A DNA stretch of 64,000 nucleotides from Candidatus Kapaibacterium sp. (GCA_963665665.1 OY762428.1:4256001-4320000); one strand, 5' to 3'; positions 1-10,480 are shown, counted from the stretch's first letter. A program made the numbers and translations. The notes: generated by a model not told the origin, from the letters alone.

Positions 1-453
1 TATCTTGCATATACGCTAATCGTGCTTGTTGCTTTTGCAATTTTCTGGCATTTTACTACCGGAGAATGGAGACAATACCTGCCAACAAGAAAGTATATGA
101 AAGAAATGGTCAGGTTCTATGTATCAGGTATTTTCAAAGGAGAGAACCATCCGGGAAGGAAGACTGAGATATCGAAGTTGAATCCACTTCAAAGAGTAAC
201 ATACCTTATGCTAAAAATATTTCTTTTTCCGGTTCAGATAACTACAGGTTTAATATACCTTTACTATAATGATCTGGATATAAGCCTTGCCACGGTTGCA
301 ATCCTGCATACAATAGGTGCTTTTGTATTTATTGCATTTGTTATAGTGCATATTTATCTTACAACTACAGGGCATACTCCTTCTTCAAATATCAAAGCTA
401 TGATCAGTGGCTGGGAAGACCTTGATGAAGGCCATCTGCTGGAAAAGAAATAA
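1..453 (+). CDS. Cytochrome b/b6-domain membrane protein (thiosulfate reductase PhsC/YdhU-like), 5'-truncated by window edge
   Basis: Frame is open from base 1 (YLAYTLIVLVAF...). TM helices carry conserved His (FWHFTTGEW, LHTIGA, IVHIYL), plus KLNPLQR and AMISGW motifs. Confidence 0.8.
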   Translation, partial: YLAYTLIVLVAFAIFWHFTTGEWRQYLPTRKYMKEMVRFYVSGIFKGENHPGRKTEISKLNPLQRVTYLMLKIFLFPVQITTGLIYLYYNDLDISLATVAILHTIGAFVFIAFVIVHIYLTTTGHTPSSNIKAMISGWEDLDEGHLLEKK

Positions 454-475
454 TTCAATTGAAATCTTCTAATTT

Positions 476-508
476 GCCCCGTCAATTTGGCGGGGTTTTT
501 TATTTTTT
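476..508 (+). terminator. Intrinsic terminator
   Basis: Stem gccccgtcaa/ttggcggggt followed by T-rich tail, just after stop at 453. Confidence 0.75.
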
Positions 509-621
509 CGGGGACAAAATATTATCATTTCACAATTTTTCTATAATCGAACTTGAGTTTGATATTAATTATTTGTATCTTATCCTTAGTATAATTTATC
601 TAATAAGATACATGGCTTAAT

Positions 622-1818
622 ATGAAAGATTTTCCGGTAATAGTAATACAAGATGAAGGGAACGAAGATAGCTCCCTCAGAAATGTTGTCAGGAAAATGT
701 TTTCGGGCCATGATATTAAATTTTTCAGCGACCTTATCAAAGGGTTTCAGCATATAAAGAATAAACCCCAGAGCTGCTTGTTTGTGAGCGATGCAATAGT
801 TAACGGGCTGGATGCTGTTCGCTTCCTGATAAAGATACGTTCTATGCCGGTATTCCGGGGTTTGTATTTTATTATTATGAATAACACCGGTAAGCCGGAT
901 GCCAACCTTAAGGCACTGAAAGCGGATGTTGACGATATTATTATGAAACCGGCCTCGATAGACAGGTATATTCTTCGGTTTAGGACTGCATCAAAAATAT
1001 TGAATCTTAAATCAGACAGTATGGATAAGACTATCAGTGTGCAACTGCTGATGAAAAAGCTTGATGAGGATGCTGAACGTGAATTAAAATTGCTCAAGAT
1101 GTTTCAAAAATCTAAATTGCCTGAATTTTATAAATATATGCCTCAGATTCTTGAAGCTGTTCAATTCATCGCAAGATTTTATAATGAAGATTCAAAACCT
1201 GATAAAGATTTACTAATTAAAGCTGCGGAATTTAGTTTTTCCGGAAGGATGAAACTGCCCGGAGCAATAAAATATCAGACTGTTTACGAACACGGCATGA
1301 TACGGGGAGATGAGTTTCGACAGATACCGCACCAGGCTAAAAGGTTTTTTGATGAAATCCATGGCGCTGAAGATATTGGAAATATCCTATTCCAGGTTTA
1401 TGAAAACTGGGACGGAACCGGGATACCCAAGAAATTGAGAGCCAACCAGATTGCACTTGAAGCAAGAATAATCAGAGTTGTTACCGATTATTGTGAATTT
1501 TATCGCAGATTTAACAAGAAAGAACAACTTGCAAGGGAAGAACTTTTTAATAATTCAAAGAAATTGTACGACTTTAAAATAGTTGCTTTACTGGATCAAT
1601 ATCTTGCTTATTTATCAAGCAGGAAAAAGCCCGCTCCGGAGAAACGTATTGAGCTTTTTGCACTGGATCCCGGTATGGTTTTGACAAGATCAATAATCAG
1701 CGAATGTGGCAATACTTTGATAGGAGCAGGCGCAAAGCTTGATGAGAAAAGTATTGACAGGCTTATCGCAATGAGTAATAAAGAAAAAATCATCGGGCAC
1801 ATTTACATTAAAAAGTAA
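622..1818 (+). CDS. Response regulator: REC + degenerate HD-GYP domain + small C-terminal domain
   Basis: REC (VSD, MKP). YENWDGTGIP, ARIIRVVTDY and LYDFKIV align with HD-GYP, but the metal ligands are lost. C-terminal LDPGMVL...G..LI..G..L motif. Confidence 0.75.
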   Translation: MKDFPVIVIQDEGNEDSSLRNVVRKMFSGHDIKFFSDLIKGFQHIKNKPQSCLFVSDAIVNGLDAVRFLIKIRSMPVFRGLYFIIMNNTGKPDANLKALKADVDDIIMKPASIDRYILRFRTASKILNLKSDSMDKTISVQLLMKKLDEDAERELKLLKMFQKSKLPEFYKYMPQILEAVQFIARFYNEDSKPDKDLLIKAAEFSFSGRMKLPGAIKYQTVYEHGMIRGDEFRQIPHQAKRFFDEIHGAEDIGNILFQVYENWDGTGIPKKLRANQIALEARIIRVVTDYCEFYRRFNKKEQLAREELFNNSKKLYDFKIVALLDQYLAYLSSRKKPAPEKRIELFALDPGMVLTRSIISECGNTLIGAGAKLDEKSIDRLIAMSNKEKIIGHIYIKK

Positions 1819-1888
1819 GTACTTTTTTGATTCAATTTATATCCTTATTTTTACAATTACTAAAAATTAAAAAATCGGGGAATTGTAT

Positions 1889-2593
1889 ATGAATTACGAA
1901 GCACTTTTCAAACTTTCTTACGGTTTATATATAGTTTCTGCAAAGCACGGCGATATTAAAAACGGATATATCGCAAATACCGTATTCCAGGTTACAGCTG
2001 AACCGCCTCAGCTGGCTATATCATGCAGCAAGGATAATTTTTCTGAAAAACTGATTCGGGATAGTGGAAAATTCTCAGTCTCGATTTTGAGAGAGAATGC
2101 TGACTCTTCCCTAATTGGTAATTTCGGGTATAAAAGCGGGAGAGAAATTAATAAGTTTATCGGCATTGACTACTTTGTATCATCGGAGGATATTCCGGTT
2201 GTAATGGATAATTGTGTGGCCTGGTTTACCTGTGAAATAACTCAGATTGTTGATGTTGATACTCATACACTTTTTATCGGGCGTATTATCAATAATGATC
2301 TTCTTTCAGCCAAAAAACCTTTGACTTATGATTATTACCGGAATGTGAAGAAAGCAAAATCCCCGAAAAATGCCCCGACTTATATTGATGAATCAAAGTT
2401 AAGCAAAAATATTGATGTTAAGACATCTGATTCTCTGAGATATGAATGCCCGGCTTGTGGGTATGTATATAATTCCGTTTTGGGAAATCCGGATGGAGGT
2501 ATAGCTCCCGGAACAAAATTTGAAGACATTCCTGACGATTGGGAATGCCCGATATGCGGTATAGGAAAAGAAGATTTTGAACAAGTTTTATAA
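1889..2593 (+). CDS. Flavin reductase-rubredoxin fusion (high-molecular-weight rubredoxin)
   Basis: LSYGLYIVS...ANTVFQVT...THTLFIG flavin reductase domain; C-terminal CPACGYVY...[20 protein letters not shown] rubredoxin. Confidence 0.92.
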   Translation: MNYEALFKLSYGLYIVSAKHGDIKNGYIANTVFQVTAEPPQLAISCSKDNFSEKLIRDSGKFSVSILRENADSSLIGNFGYKSGREINKFIGIDYFVSSEDIPVVMDNCVAWFTCEITQIVDVDTHTLFIGRIINNDLLSAKKPLTYDYYRNVKKAKSPKNAPTYIDESKLSKNIDVKTSDSLRYECPACGYVYNSVLGNPDGGIAPGTKFEDIPDDWECPICGIGKEDFEQVL

Positions 2594-2620
2594 ATTATTT
2601 TAGTAACATGAGGTGAAGAT

Positions 2621-3196
2621 ATGGCTTCTTTGAAAGGAACAAAAACAGAACAGAATCTGCTTAAAGCTTTTGCCGGTGAATCACAGGCAAGAATGCGTTA
2701 CGACTATTTTGCAAAAAAGGCTAAAAAGGAAGGCCTTGAACAGATAGCGGCAATATTTGAAGAAACTGCACTAAATGAAATGCAGCATGCTAAAACATTC
2801 TTCCGTTTCCTTGAAGGTGGGATGGTTGAAATTACAGCTGCTTATCCTGCAGGAGTTATCGGAACAACAATGGAAAACCTGAAAGCTTCGGCTGACGGCG
2901 AAAATGAAGAATGGACTGAACTTTATCCTGAGTTTGCAAAAATTGCTGAAGAAGAAGGTTTCAAAGAAGTGGCTACTGCTTTCAAACTTATTGCAAAAGT
3001 TGAAAAAGCTCACGAAGAACGCTATCGTACTCTTTACGATAATCTTGAATCTGGCAAAATTTTCAAACGTGAAGATAAATATATCTGGAAATGCCGTAAG
3101 TGCGGATATATTCACGAAGGTAAGAGCGCTCCTAAGATGTGCCCGTGCTGTCAGCATCCCCAGGGATATTTCGAGATCAAAGAGTCAAATTATTAA
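2621..3196 (+). CDS. rbr: Rubrerythrin
   Basis: [20 protein letters not shown], diiron ExxH motifs, C-terminal CRKCGY...CPCC; SD gaggtg upstream. Confidence 0.96.
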   Translation: MASLKGTKTEQNLLKAFAGESQARMRYDYFAKKAKKEGLEQIAAIFEETALNEMQHAKTFFRFLEGGMVEITAAYPAGVIGTTMENLKASADGENEEWTELYPEFAKIAEEEGFKEVATAFKLIAKVEKAHEERYRTLYDNLESGKIFKREDKYIWKCRKCGYIHEGKSAPKMCPCCQHPQGYFEIKESNY

Positions 3197-3212
3197 TCGT
3201 TATTAAGCTTGG

Positions 3213-3250
3213 TACTGCTTCCTGTTTCAGGAACGGGAAGCAGTATTTTT
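3213..3250 (+). terminator. Intrinsic terminator after rbr
   Basis: 15-bp stem tactgcttcctgttt/gaacgggaagcagta followed by ttttt. Confidence 0.8.
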
Positions 3251-3302
3251 GTTTCATGAAAAGGACAATCAATTCTGAAATAATTATTTGCATTCGATAG
3301 TT

Positions 3303-4358
3303 ATGAAAAATATCATCAATATGTATTTCGCTACCCACAAAACCTGCAACCTGAGGTGCAGATATTGTTATGTGCCGGAATATAATAAAAATACTGAAAA
3401 AATTATCGATGATGATATTATTAGCGCCCTGAAAGATTTTATTTATAAAGCTGAATCGGAAAATTATAGAATTGGCAGTTTTTGCCTACACGGTGCCGAA
3501 CCAAGCCTGATGAAGGCCGAAACAATGGCTGAATGTCAGCAGTTGATAGCTGCTCACAGGACGGGGCAGGGGATAGGCAACTATCAGATTGCAGTTCAAA
3601 GTAATGGTGTGAACTTTACTCCGGAATACTTAAAAAAATTGGAGGACATTACCGGAAAGATAGATGCTGTAAAACTTGGATTTTCTATTGATCCGCCTAA
3701 AGAAAATCATGATTATTATAGAAATAATAGCTACGACAAAGTATTTTCGAATTACCTTTATGCTCATGAAAAAGGTTTTCCGGTTTCGGTACTTAGTGTG
3801 GTCAGCAGAAAAACAATGAAATATCTCAATGAATTTAAAATATGGATGAAAGAGCAACTCCGCAGAAAAGAAAAGTATGGAAATCCCTACAAGGTAAAGC
3901 TAAAACTTGCAACTGGTGCGGAAGCCCTTAATGAAAGTGAAATTGAAAGATTTGCAGATTTCCTGATAGAGAATGATCTGACCAAGCTAATGCAGATACT
4001 AAGCCCGGGATATTGCCTGCAGAGCGGAAACGAATGCGAGTGGTTCGAATTTGGAATTGACGGTGCTGCGTACTCCTGCAATAAAAGCTATTTCGATGAA
4101 GGAATTTTTGCAAACTGGAAGGAGCAATGCTTTGATGAAATTTTCCAGAAAAGGAGAATCCTTTTCGAAGATTACCCAGTGCATGAAGATTGTTCGAAAT
4201 GTATGTATGAATTCCTGTGCAATAGCGGCTGCCCCATTGACCGTTACAAGAAGGGAATAATGAAAGGAAAGGCTCACGAATGTACGATAATCCGGAAGGT
4301 TTACAATGAAATTGATAAAAGGGGAATCCATATTGTAGATTATTTTGAAGATGAATAG
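3303..4358 (+). CDS. Radical SAM protein with SPASM domain (anSME/peptide maturase-like)
   Basis: CNLRCRYC motif, HGAEP, QSNG, SID; C-terminal Cys cluster YSCNK...CSKCMYEFLCNSGCP...HEC. Confidence 0.88.
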   Translation: MKNIINMYFATHKTCNLRCRYCYVPEYNKNTEKIIDDDIISALKDFIYKAESENYRIGSFCLHGAEPSLMKAETMAECQQLIAAHRTGQGIGNYQIAVQSNGVNFTPEYLKKLEDITGKIDAVKLGFSIDPPKENHDYYRNNSYDKVFSNYLYAHEKGFPVSVLSVVSRKTMKYLNEFKIWMKEQLRRKEKYGNPYKVKLKLATGAEALNESEIERFADFLIENDLTKLMQILSPGYCLQSGNECEWFEFGIDGAAYSCNKSYFDEGIFANWKEQCFDEIFQKRRILFEDYPVHEDCSKCMYEFLCNSGCPIDRYKKGIMKGKAHECTIIRKVYNEIDKRGIHIVDYFEDE

Positions 4359-4434
4359 GTGGTTTTTCTTTTTAAAATGCAGGAATTTATTTATTTTATA
4401 AAAAAATTGTTGAACAATACAAATTTTATCTGAT

Positions 4435-5169
4435 ATGAAAAAATTATTGATGATACCCCTGCTTTTGATTATTTCCTTGTCTGATTCCTACTCCATTGAT
4501 CTGAAAAAACTGCAACTTGGAATTTCAATGGGCTATACACCCGGCATTAACGATGTTTTTATACATGACAATTCCTCGTGCCATGACTATTGTCCTGCCA
4601 GGGACTATGTGGATGAAACATTTCATGGAATTTATTTTGGAGCTACCATCAGGTATAATCTTTACGAAGGTGAAAAAACGAGTCATAATTTGATTATAAG
4701 GCCGGTTTACGAATCTTACAGTTCCGACAAGCAAAAAGTCAATCCTCAAATGGTTATTTTAAACGGCGAAACATTCCAGGCGAATTTCTATCGAGATTTA
4801 GAGCTTAATTTAAGTTACATTAATTTGGATCTACTTTATAGTTTTGATTTCGCTAATAAGCATATTGGAATTTTCACAGGCGTTTCCTTTGCTTATATTT
4901 TAGACCATGATTATTTTCTTACAGAAGAAAGAGCAAATGCATACGGAAATGTTTTTGTTGGTGCAGGTGCCCAGGCAGGGGATTTAGATGATACTGAAAA
5001 ATTTTCGCCTACTTTTGTATTCGGTTTTGAATTCCCGTTCGATTATTGGAAAATCCATATTATACCAAACGCTTTGCTGCGCTATCCTCACCGAATTATT
5101 AACAGGGAACTTGAATGGGATTTCATGTCCTACAGGCTGGGCGTTGACCTTATGTTTTATTTGAAATAA
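4435..5169 (+). CDS. Outer-membrane beta-barrel protein (PorT/OMP_b-brl-like)
   Basis: Signal peptide, alternating amphipathic strands, C-terminal YRLGVDLMFYLK. Confidence 0.65.
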   Translation: MKKLLMIPLLLIISLSDSYSIDLKKLQLGISMGYTPGINDVFIHDNSSCHDYCPARDYVDETFHGIYFGATIRYNLYEGEKTSHNLIIRPVYESYSSDKQKVNPQMVILNGETFQANFYRDLELNLSYINLDLLYSFDFANKHIGIFTGVSFAYILDHDYFLTEERANAYGNVFVGAGAQAGDLDDTEKFSPTFVFGFEFPFDYWKIHIIPNALLRYPHRIINRELEWDFMSYRLGVDLMFYLK

Positions 5170-5424
5170 TTTTACAATTAGTAAAATATTTGAAATTATG
5201 TTACAACTCAGCTAAGATGATATTTTTTTGTATTAAATTGAATAATTGCAAAATTGTCGCTTTGATGTGTGAAGCGACTGAAAAATCCACTTGTTTTTTA
5301 TTATTTTTTAAAACATCTAACATATTTTTATCTTTATGCAGAGTAGTTACGAAAATTTCATATATTTGTTCAGAAATTTAAATCTATTTTTTATTAGAAT
5401 TAATCATATTTTAAGAGTTTATTT

Positions 5425-6330
5425 ATGGTACGCTTAAATCAAAAAACATTGATCTCAATACTGTCTTTTATGCTAATTGTTCTTACATCGTGCGATGACT
5501 CAGGAACTTCTAATGAAACACCAGACCCGGTAGTTCCCGATCCTGTTTCTAACTTGCAGGCTACCTCTGACCATAGGAGTATCCTCGTAAAATGGGATGC
5601 ATCACCTTCTGAAACTAATGATCTGTTTAAGGAGTATCTTGTTACAATTATGCCTGGAGATATAACGTATTCATTCAACGAATCAAATGTTAGTCATAAA
5701 TTAGGCGGATTAGTTGGAGGTAAGGTTTATACTATTAAAGTAAAAACTATATATACAAATAATGAAGAAAGTACAGAAACTCTTGTTCAATGGTCACCGG
5801 CAACACGTGAATTCTTTGACGATAATTTGTCTGATATAAAACTTCATGAATATCAATCCCAATTGGGTAGTGGCCTTGATTTTCACTATACTGATGATGG
5901 ATACACCAGCCCGAAAATATGCAATACTACTGAATGGGAATTGTGGGATCTCGGTTTAAATACTGCTGACGGAAAATTTGTTATTGCCTCTCCGACGTTG
6001 ATAGGCTGGCAGTCCCTTGAAGGTAAAGACATGAAAAGTGTTGAAATAGCAGAACAGGTTATACTGGCGGAATCACTTGACGAAGTATTTCATTCAAAAG
6101 CTTTGGACCAAACTTATTCATTCGACACGAGGGAGATTGATTTGAATGCTTACAATAGCAGCATTGTAATAATTTGCAGAGTTATGGAACCTGGTGAGAC
6201 CGAATTTACCTATGTAAAATTATTGATCAAATACGTAGATGGAAGTTTTTTTCAGGGTGAAGCCCCGGACAGATATGTTGAAGTAGAAGAAATTTCATAT
6301 CAAGATAAACCTGGAGTACCTTACGCGTGA
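5425..6330 (+). CDS. Lipoprotein with fibronectin type III domain
   Basis: Lipobox LTSC; PDPVSNLQATS..SILVKWDAS...L..GKVYTIKVKT FN3 pattern. Confidence 0.75.
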   Translation: MVRLNQKTLISILSFMLIVLTSCDDSGTSNETPDPVVPDPVSNLQATSDHRSILVKWDASPSETNDLFKEYLVTIMPGDITYSFNESNVSHKLGGLVGGKVYTIKVKTIYTNNEESTETLVQWSPATREFFDDNLSDIKLHEYQSQLGSGLDFHYTDDGYTSPKICNTTEWELWDLGLNTADGKFVIASPTLIGWQSLEGKDMKSVEIAEQVILAESLDEVFHSKALDQTYSFDTREIDLNAYNSSIVIICRVMEPGETEFTYVKLLIKYVDGSFFQGEAPDRYVEVEEISYQDKPGVPYA

Positions 6331-6773
6331 ATTGATAATCAGCCATATACAAAAAGCGATGTAAGTGAAATATTTGCTGTAGCATTCTAACCTTACTCGG
6401 AGTTAAAACTTACTGTTATATTGAATTTTACTATATTCCGTGTATTGATACCCAAGGAAACCCGGATATTGATTTCGATTCATGAATTTAATCTTTTCTT
6501 GTAATTATTGTTGTTATGTTTTATTCCAAAAAATTAAACTATCCGGGTTTAACTATTTCATTAATATTTATTGTACTTTTATAAAATATACCAATGGCCT
6601 CCAGCCTATTTGAATTTTTTCTACCCAATATATGAATCTGTTATCAAAGTTTGTTTTGTGGCATTATCTTGTGCTTTATAATAGGATTGTCAGAGTATTA
6701 ATTTAAAAGTTTGATGCCCTGCTACAGAATATTTAGGGTGATTTTACAATTTCAAAAATATTTTCTATAAATT

Positions 6774-6801
6774 TGTAATCTTTTCAGGCTACAGAGTGTC
6801 T
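6774..6801 (+). promoter_or_regulatory. Possible ECF-sigma promoter (TGTAATC-N17-GTCT)
   Basis: Motif and spacing resemble ECF -35/-10 elements, 35 bp before ATG 6836; similar TGTAATC-N16-GTTT at 50527-50553. Confidence 0.25.
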
Positions 6802-6835
6802 ATATCCTGAAGGAAACATAATAAAAGGGAATACC

Positions 6836-7735
6836 ATGAAAAAAATATTATACTTACTGCTATGCATATTTCTCTTTCAGCAGTCGAATTTATTTACTCA
6901 GGATTACAATCTGACAACGGATAAACTCTTGTTGAAATTAAATTTTTCAAGATCTCAGGCATCTACAATTTATGATAATGATGCTAATCAGCAAACATAT
7001 TTCCTTGGATATGTTGAAACTCTGGAAGACGATTATGACTACACCTGTACTCTAACCAACTATGAATTTGTACTTAACGCAGAGTATAAATTTGATTCTT
7101 CATTCGGCGTAGCAGCGGAGTTTCCTTTCAGAACAGCTGACCTTAGAGAAAAGTACTGGATGTACGATGAGGGTGTTGAAACCAGTATCGGTAGTTTAAA
7201 CTTTGATAACCAGTGGTTCAATGTTAATTTAAAAGCATATTATACTTTTTTCAGAAAAAAAACATTCGGAGCGTTTTCTCTTGAAGCCAGAATCCCGACA
7301 AGCTACAATAGTGTTGAGGAAAATATCGCAGATAGTGTATTTCTTGGCGACGGATGTGTTGAATTTGTTCCGGGATTTGATTTCGGAATAGATTTTGAAA
7401 AAACCAGACTTCTGACGAATATCAAATACAGATATAGAACAGAGGATTATTCTGATATGCTTTCCATTAGGATGAACCTTGGACTAACAACTATAAAACC
7501 GGTTGTTATGAACATTTTTGCAGAATATGGTTATAGTTTTGAATCTTTTAAAAATGTTCCTGAATTTGTACCCCGTCACGAAGTATTATATGAGAATTAC
7601 CTTAGCGTCGGTGGGGAAGTGATTATTAATGTATCTGATAAATACAGGGCTGAATTTGGTTACCTCGTTGATTTCTGGGGTAAACATCATTGGAAGACAG
7701 GTAAATTCTATCTTGGAGCTGGTATTTTGTTGTAA
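6836..7735 (+). CDS. Outer-membrane beta-barrel transporter-like protein (MetA-pathway/SphA-like)
   Basis: Signal peptide; EARIPT..Y...LGDG motif; beta-strand periodicity; ends FYLGAGILL. Confidence 0.6.
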   Translation: MKKILYLLLCIFLFQQSNLFTQDYNLTTDKLLLKLNFSRSQASTIYDNDANQQTYFLGYVETLEDDYDYTCTLTNYEFVLNAEYKFDSSFGVAAEFPFRTADLREKYWMYDEGVETSIGSLNFDNQWFNVNLKAYYTFFRKKTFGAFSLEARIPTSYNSVEENIADSVFLGDGCVEFVPGFDFGIDFEKTRLLTNIKYRYRTEDYSDMLSIRMNLGLTTIKPVVMNIFAEYGYSFESFKNVPEFVPRHEVLYENYLSVGGEVIINVSDKYRAEFGYLVDFWGKHHWKTGKFYLGAGILL

Positions 7736-7823
7736 GATATTTTGATTATAATTGTCTGAATTGTATTAATTTAACCAGATTATTCAGTCGAAATATATTG
7801 AAATATATTTTCCTTAAATTCAA

Positions 7824-8432
7824 TTAATAAGTTAAATAATAACTAATACCGATTTGAGGAGAAATGATATAATCCTGTTTTTCTGCTATGCTATAAAACT
7901 TAATCAGGCCCAAAGCATATAGATTGCTGATAAGCCGGTATTTGTAGGAGCAAGCCATTGAAAATCCCATATCCCATTCCCAACTGGACTGAGAAAGGCC
8001 GTATTTATCAGACTCAATATCTGCAACAACATAATAAGCGCCGATACCGGCAGATATTTCAAAATTCCATCTTGTCATGCCAAGAACAAGCAATACGGGA
8101 ATTGCTCTTAATGTAGCTTTTGTATTAACCAGGCCATATTCTGTTTCCAGTTTGGCCCTGTTGTATGATGAAACTTTTATCAGTCCAGTTTCAATACCAA
8201 TATTCAGCAAGTGTTCCGGCTGCCACACAGTCCTGAAACTAATAGGAAAGCCATTGGGTGAATAACTTGCACTATCTGAAAGATCAGAATATATTTTTCT
8301 TGACCAACCGCCAGTAATTTCGAACACAAAGCCACGGTCCGGAGAATCAACATTATCTTCAGCATTAAGTGATATTGCTGCTGAAATAATAACTATCAAT
8401 ATCGCTATTGCTTTATTTAGTATAATATTCAT
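7824..8432 (-). CDS. Small outer-membrane beta-barrel protein
   Basis: Signal peptide; AIPVLL, SAGIGAY and QIGISYYLTY strands; overlaps 3' end of the upstream GDPD gene. Confidence 0.65.
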   Translation of the reverse strand: MNIILNKAIAILIVIISAAISLNAEDNVDSPDRGFVFEITGGWSRKIYSDLSDSASYSPNGFPISFRTVWQPEHLLNIGIETGLIKVSSYNRAKLETEYGLVNTKATLRAIPVLLVLGMTRWNFEISAGIGAYYVVADIESDKYGLSQSSWEWDMGFSMACSYKYRLISNLYALGLIKFYSIAEKQDYIISPQIGISYYLTY

Positions 8433-9639
8433 AAGCTGCCATTGCGGGAAAATTAGTTACCATACCGTCGAAATTGCTTTCACGAATGAATTCTCTCATA
8501 ATATTAACATCGTCAACTGTCCATACAACAGCCTTTTTGTCCTGAGAATGTATATGGTTAATTTTTTCAACCTGTAATCCCAGGGTCCATCTCGGAGCCC
8601 ATACTGCCGCGTTTACATCAGCGGCATCATCCGTACTCAATTCACATATACTTGGGTAAGCTCTGAAATTTTCATTTTCCCTGAAAGCTGCAAGAATATC
8701 ATCGGTTGGAATACCGGGATAAAAAAGTACGGAGCGGCCAAGAAATTCAGACTTTTCTTTATATTTGTCAATAAGTGGAAAAATATGATCCAATGCTGAT
8801 ACTGATTTAATATCAAGCCACACAAGTGAAATGTTTGTTTCGCTGACAATAGTTTCCAAAGCCTCTTCGAGTGTTGGCATTTGCTCACCATTTTTTAAAG
8901 TACAGAAGTTTCTTAGTTGATAAAGGTAGTAGTTTTTTACAGGCCCAACCATATATTCTCCGTTTATCAGCCTTGTATTCAGGTTTTTATCATGGTAAAG
9001 CACCGGTACATTGTCTTTAGTCATTTGTACATCAATTTCAACAGCATTTGCGCCCAGGCTTTCTGCCATTCTAATCAGTTCAAGGCTGTTTTCCGAATGT
9101 GGCAAAAGGTCGGCGTTTCTGCCGCCTCCTCTGTGAGCAATTATCCAATAATCATTATTTTCTTTTAGTTTAACAGAATACTCCAGGGAAATTTCTTTTT
9201 TTGTTGATATCGCTTCGTCTGCATAATAACCTTCAATCTTGATGTTCGAATTTACATTTCCGGATAGAATGTCTCCGGCTTCTCCTGATGAATCAATTTC
9301 CAGATGAATAAGCCCGGTTTCATCACTTTCAGCAAAACGCCAATAGCCTTCCAAAATTATCCTGCCCTCTGAATGGCCACCTTCAAGAATCATGTAGGCG
9401 GAATTTTTTCCGCAAAATACTGAGAGCCTGTCAGCATTCCATTTTAACACCAGGCTGTCACCGAATTTCCTGTTATTAATATTAACTGTGTAAATGCCGT
9501 TGATAACTCCTTTTTGCAGATTTGTAAGTTCGCTGGTATATTCTTTTACTTTAGTATCAAATACCGGTATATTCAGGCTTGTATCCTGTTCGCAGGCTAT
9601 TAGGATCATCAGGATAATAATATATTGAATAGTTTTCAT
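8413..9639 (-). CDS. Glycerophosphodiester phosphodiesterase lipoprotein with extra N-terminal domain
   Basis: Lipobox LIAC; IIAHRGG, ENS, EIDVQMTKD..PVLYHD, VWTVD and DGMVTNFP GDPD motifs. Confidence 0.9.
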   Translation of the reverse strand: MKTIQYIIILMILIACEQDTSLNIPVFDTKVKEYTSELTNLQKGVINGIYTVNINNRKFGDSLVLKWNADRLSVFCGKNSAYMILEGGHSEGRIILEGYWRFAESDETGLIHLEIDSSGEAGDILSGNVNSNIKIEGYYADEAISTKKEISLEYSVKLKENNDYWIIAHRGGGRNADLLPHSENSLELIRMAESLGANAVEIDVQMTKDNVPVLYHDKNLNTRLINGEYMVGPVKNYYLYQLRNFCTLKNGEQMPTLEEALETIVSETNISLVWLDIKSVSALDHIFPLIDKYKEKSEFLGRSVLFYPGIPTDDILAAFRENENFRAYPSICELSTDDAADVNAAVWAPRWTLGLQVEKINHIHSQDKKAVVWTVDDVNIMREFIRESNFDGMVTNFPAMAAYEYYTK

Positions 9640-10358
9640 AACAGAAATCCAACTGAAAATTCAGGATAAAGCATCAGTTTATCGAAAGTTGTAAAAGTAA
9701 GCCAGGACTGATACAGAGAGCGGGCAAAGTTTAGCTTACCCGATATCAGGAAATCGTTATTACCCCAGAATGGCTGTTCGATAGCCAGCGCAATCGCAAA
9801 GCCGCTGAACTCGTTCTTTTGGTTATTGATAGTTGTTCCGCCGAAAATTGTTTCTCGTGATGTAATGATTATCAATTCAGAGCTCAGTGTAAGAAACAGA
9901 TCATCAAATTTAATACCGGCGGCAAATTTTGGATAAAGTATCCATCCGAAAGCTTCGGTATCAAATCCGTCAAGCCGGGCAAACCCATACCAATATGCGA
10001 TATCAGTGCCAAGGCTGAAAGATGTATTTCTGTATGAATAATTGAATGCTATTCCAGCTCTGGCCTGATTGGCAATATATACAGAACTTATCTCTATATT
10101 GGCAGAAAAGTTACAGGGAAGCCATAAACGCGACCTGATATCAATAACCGGAACCTGGCGTATTTCGTCATCAACAATAGCACGGGGTAATATCGTCATT
10201 GATACGCCAACAAATAAATCGTTATCAGGGAATTGAGATATTCCCGGAAAGATAATATTATCAATATCCTTGTCCGATGCGAAAGCCGGTGAAGATATCA
10301 ACCGGATTGCAATAAGGAAAAAAATTACTTTAGAAATATTACCAACTATTTTCTTCAT
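9636..10358 (-). CDS. Hypothetical outer-membrane beta-barrel protein
   Basis: Signal peptide (PAFA), amphipathic strands, ends YPEFSVGFLL; ATGA overlap with GDPD start. Confidence 0.6.
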   Translation of the reverse strand: MKKIVGNISKVIFFLIAIRLISSPAFASDKDIDNIIFPGISQFPDNDLFVGVSMTILPRAIVDDEIRQVPVIDIRSRLWLPCNFSANIEISSVYIANQARAGIAFNYSYRNTSFSLGTDIAYWYGFARLDGFDTEAFGWILYPKFAAGIKFDDLFLTLSSELIIITSRETIFGGTTINNQKNEFSGFAIALAIEQPFWGNNDFLISGKLNFARSLYQSWLTFTTFDKLMLYPEFSVGFLL

Positions 10359-10426
10359 TAAGATTTCTATTAATGAATATAACTCCCGGTTAATATAGTT
10401 ATTATACTTTAAATAAGCAAACTGAT

Positions 10427-10452
10427 AAAAAAAGCCCGCCGAATAGGCGGGC
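10427..10452 (-). terminator. Intrinsic terminator
   Basis: Minus strand gcccgcc-tattc-ggcgggc followed by T7. Confidence 0.8.
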
Positions 10453-10480
10453 CATTATAATTTTATATTTTTATGATGAT

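Noticed and set aside
4570-4605. CHDYCPAR in the barrel as a sulfatase motif for the rSAM enzyme
   Set aside because: Does not fit CxPxR spacing, and the protein is not a sulfatase
5190-5381. Cys-containing 63-aa ORF as precursor peptide for the rSAM enzyme
   Set aside because: TTG start, no SD, and an AT-rich promoter-like sequence with composition typical of non-coding DNA
6458-6550. 11-bp inverted repeat aaacccggata/tatccgggttt about 70 bp apart as MITE ends
   Set aside because: No target-site duplication or second copy seen; too short to call
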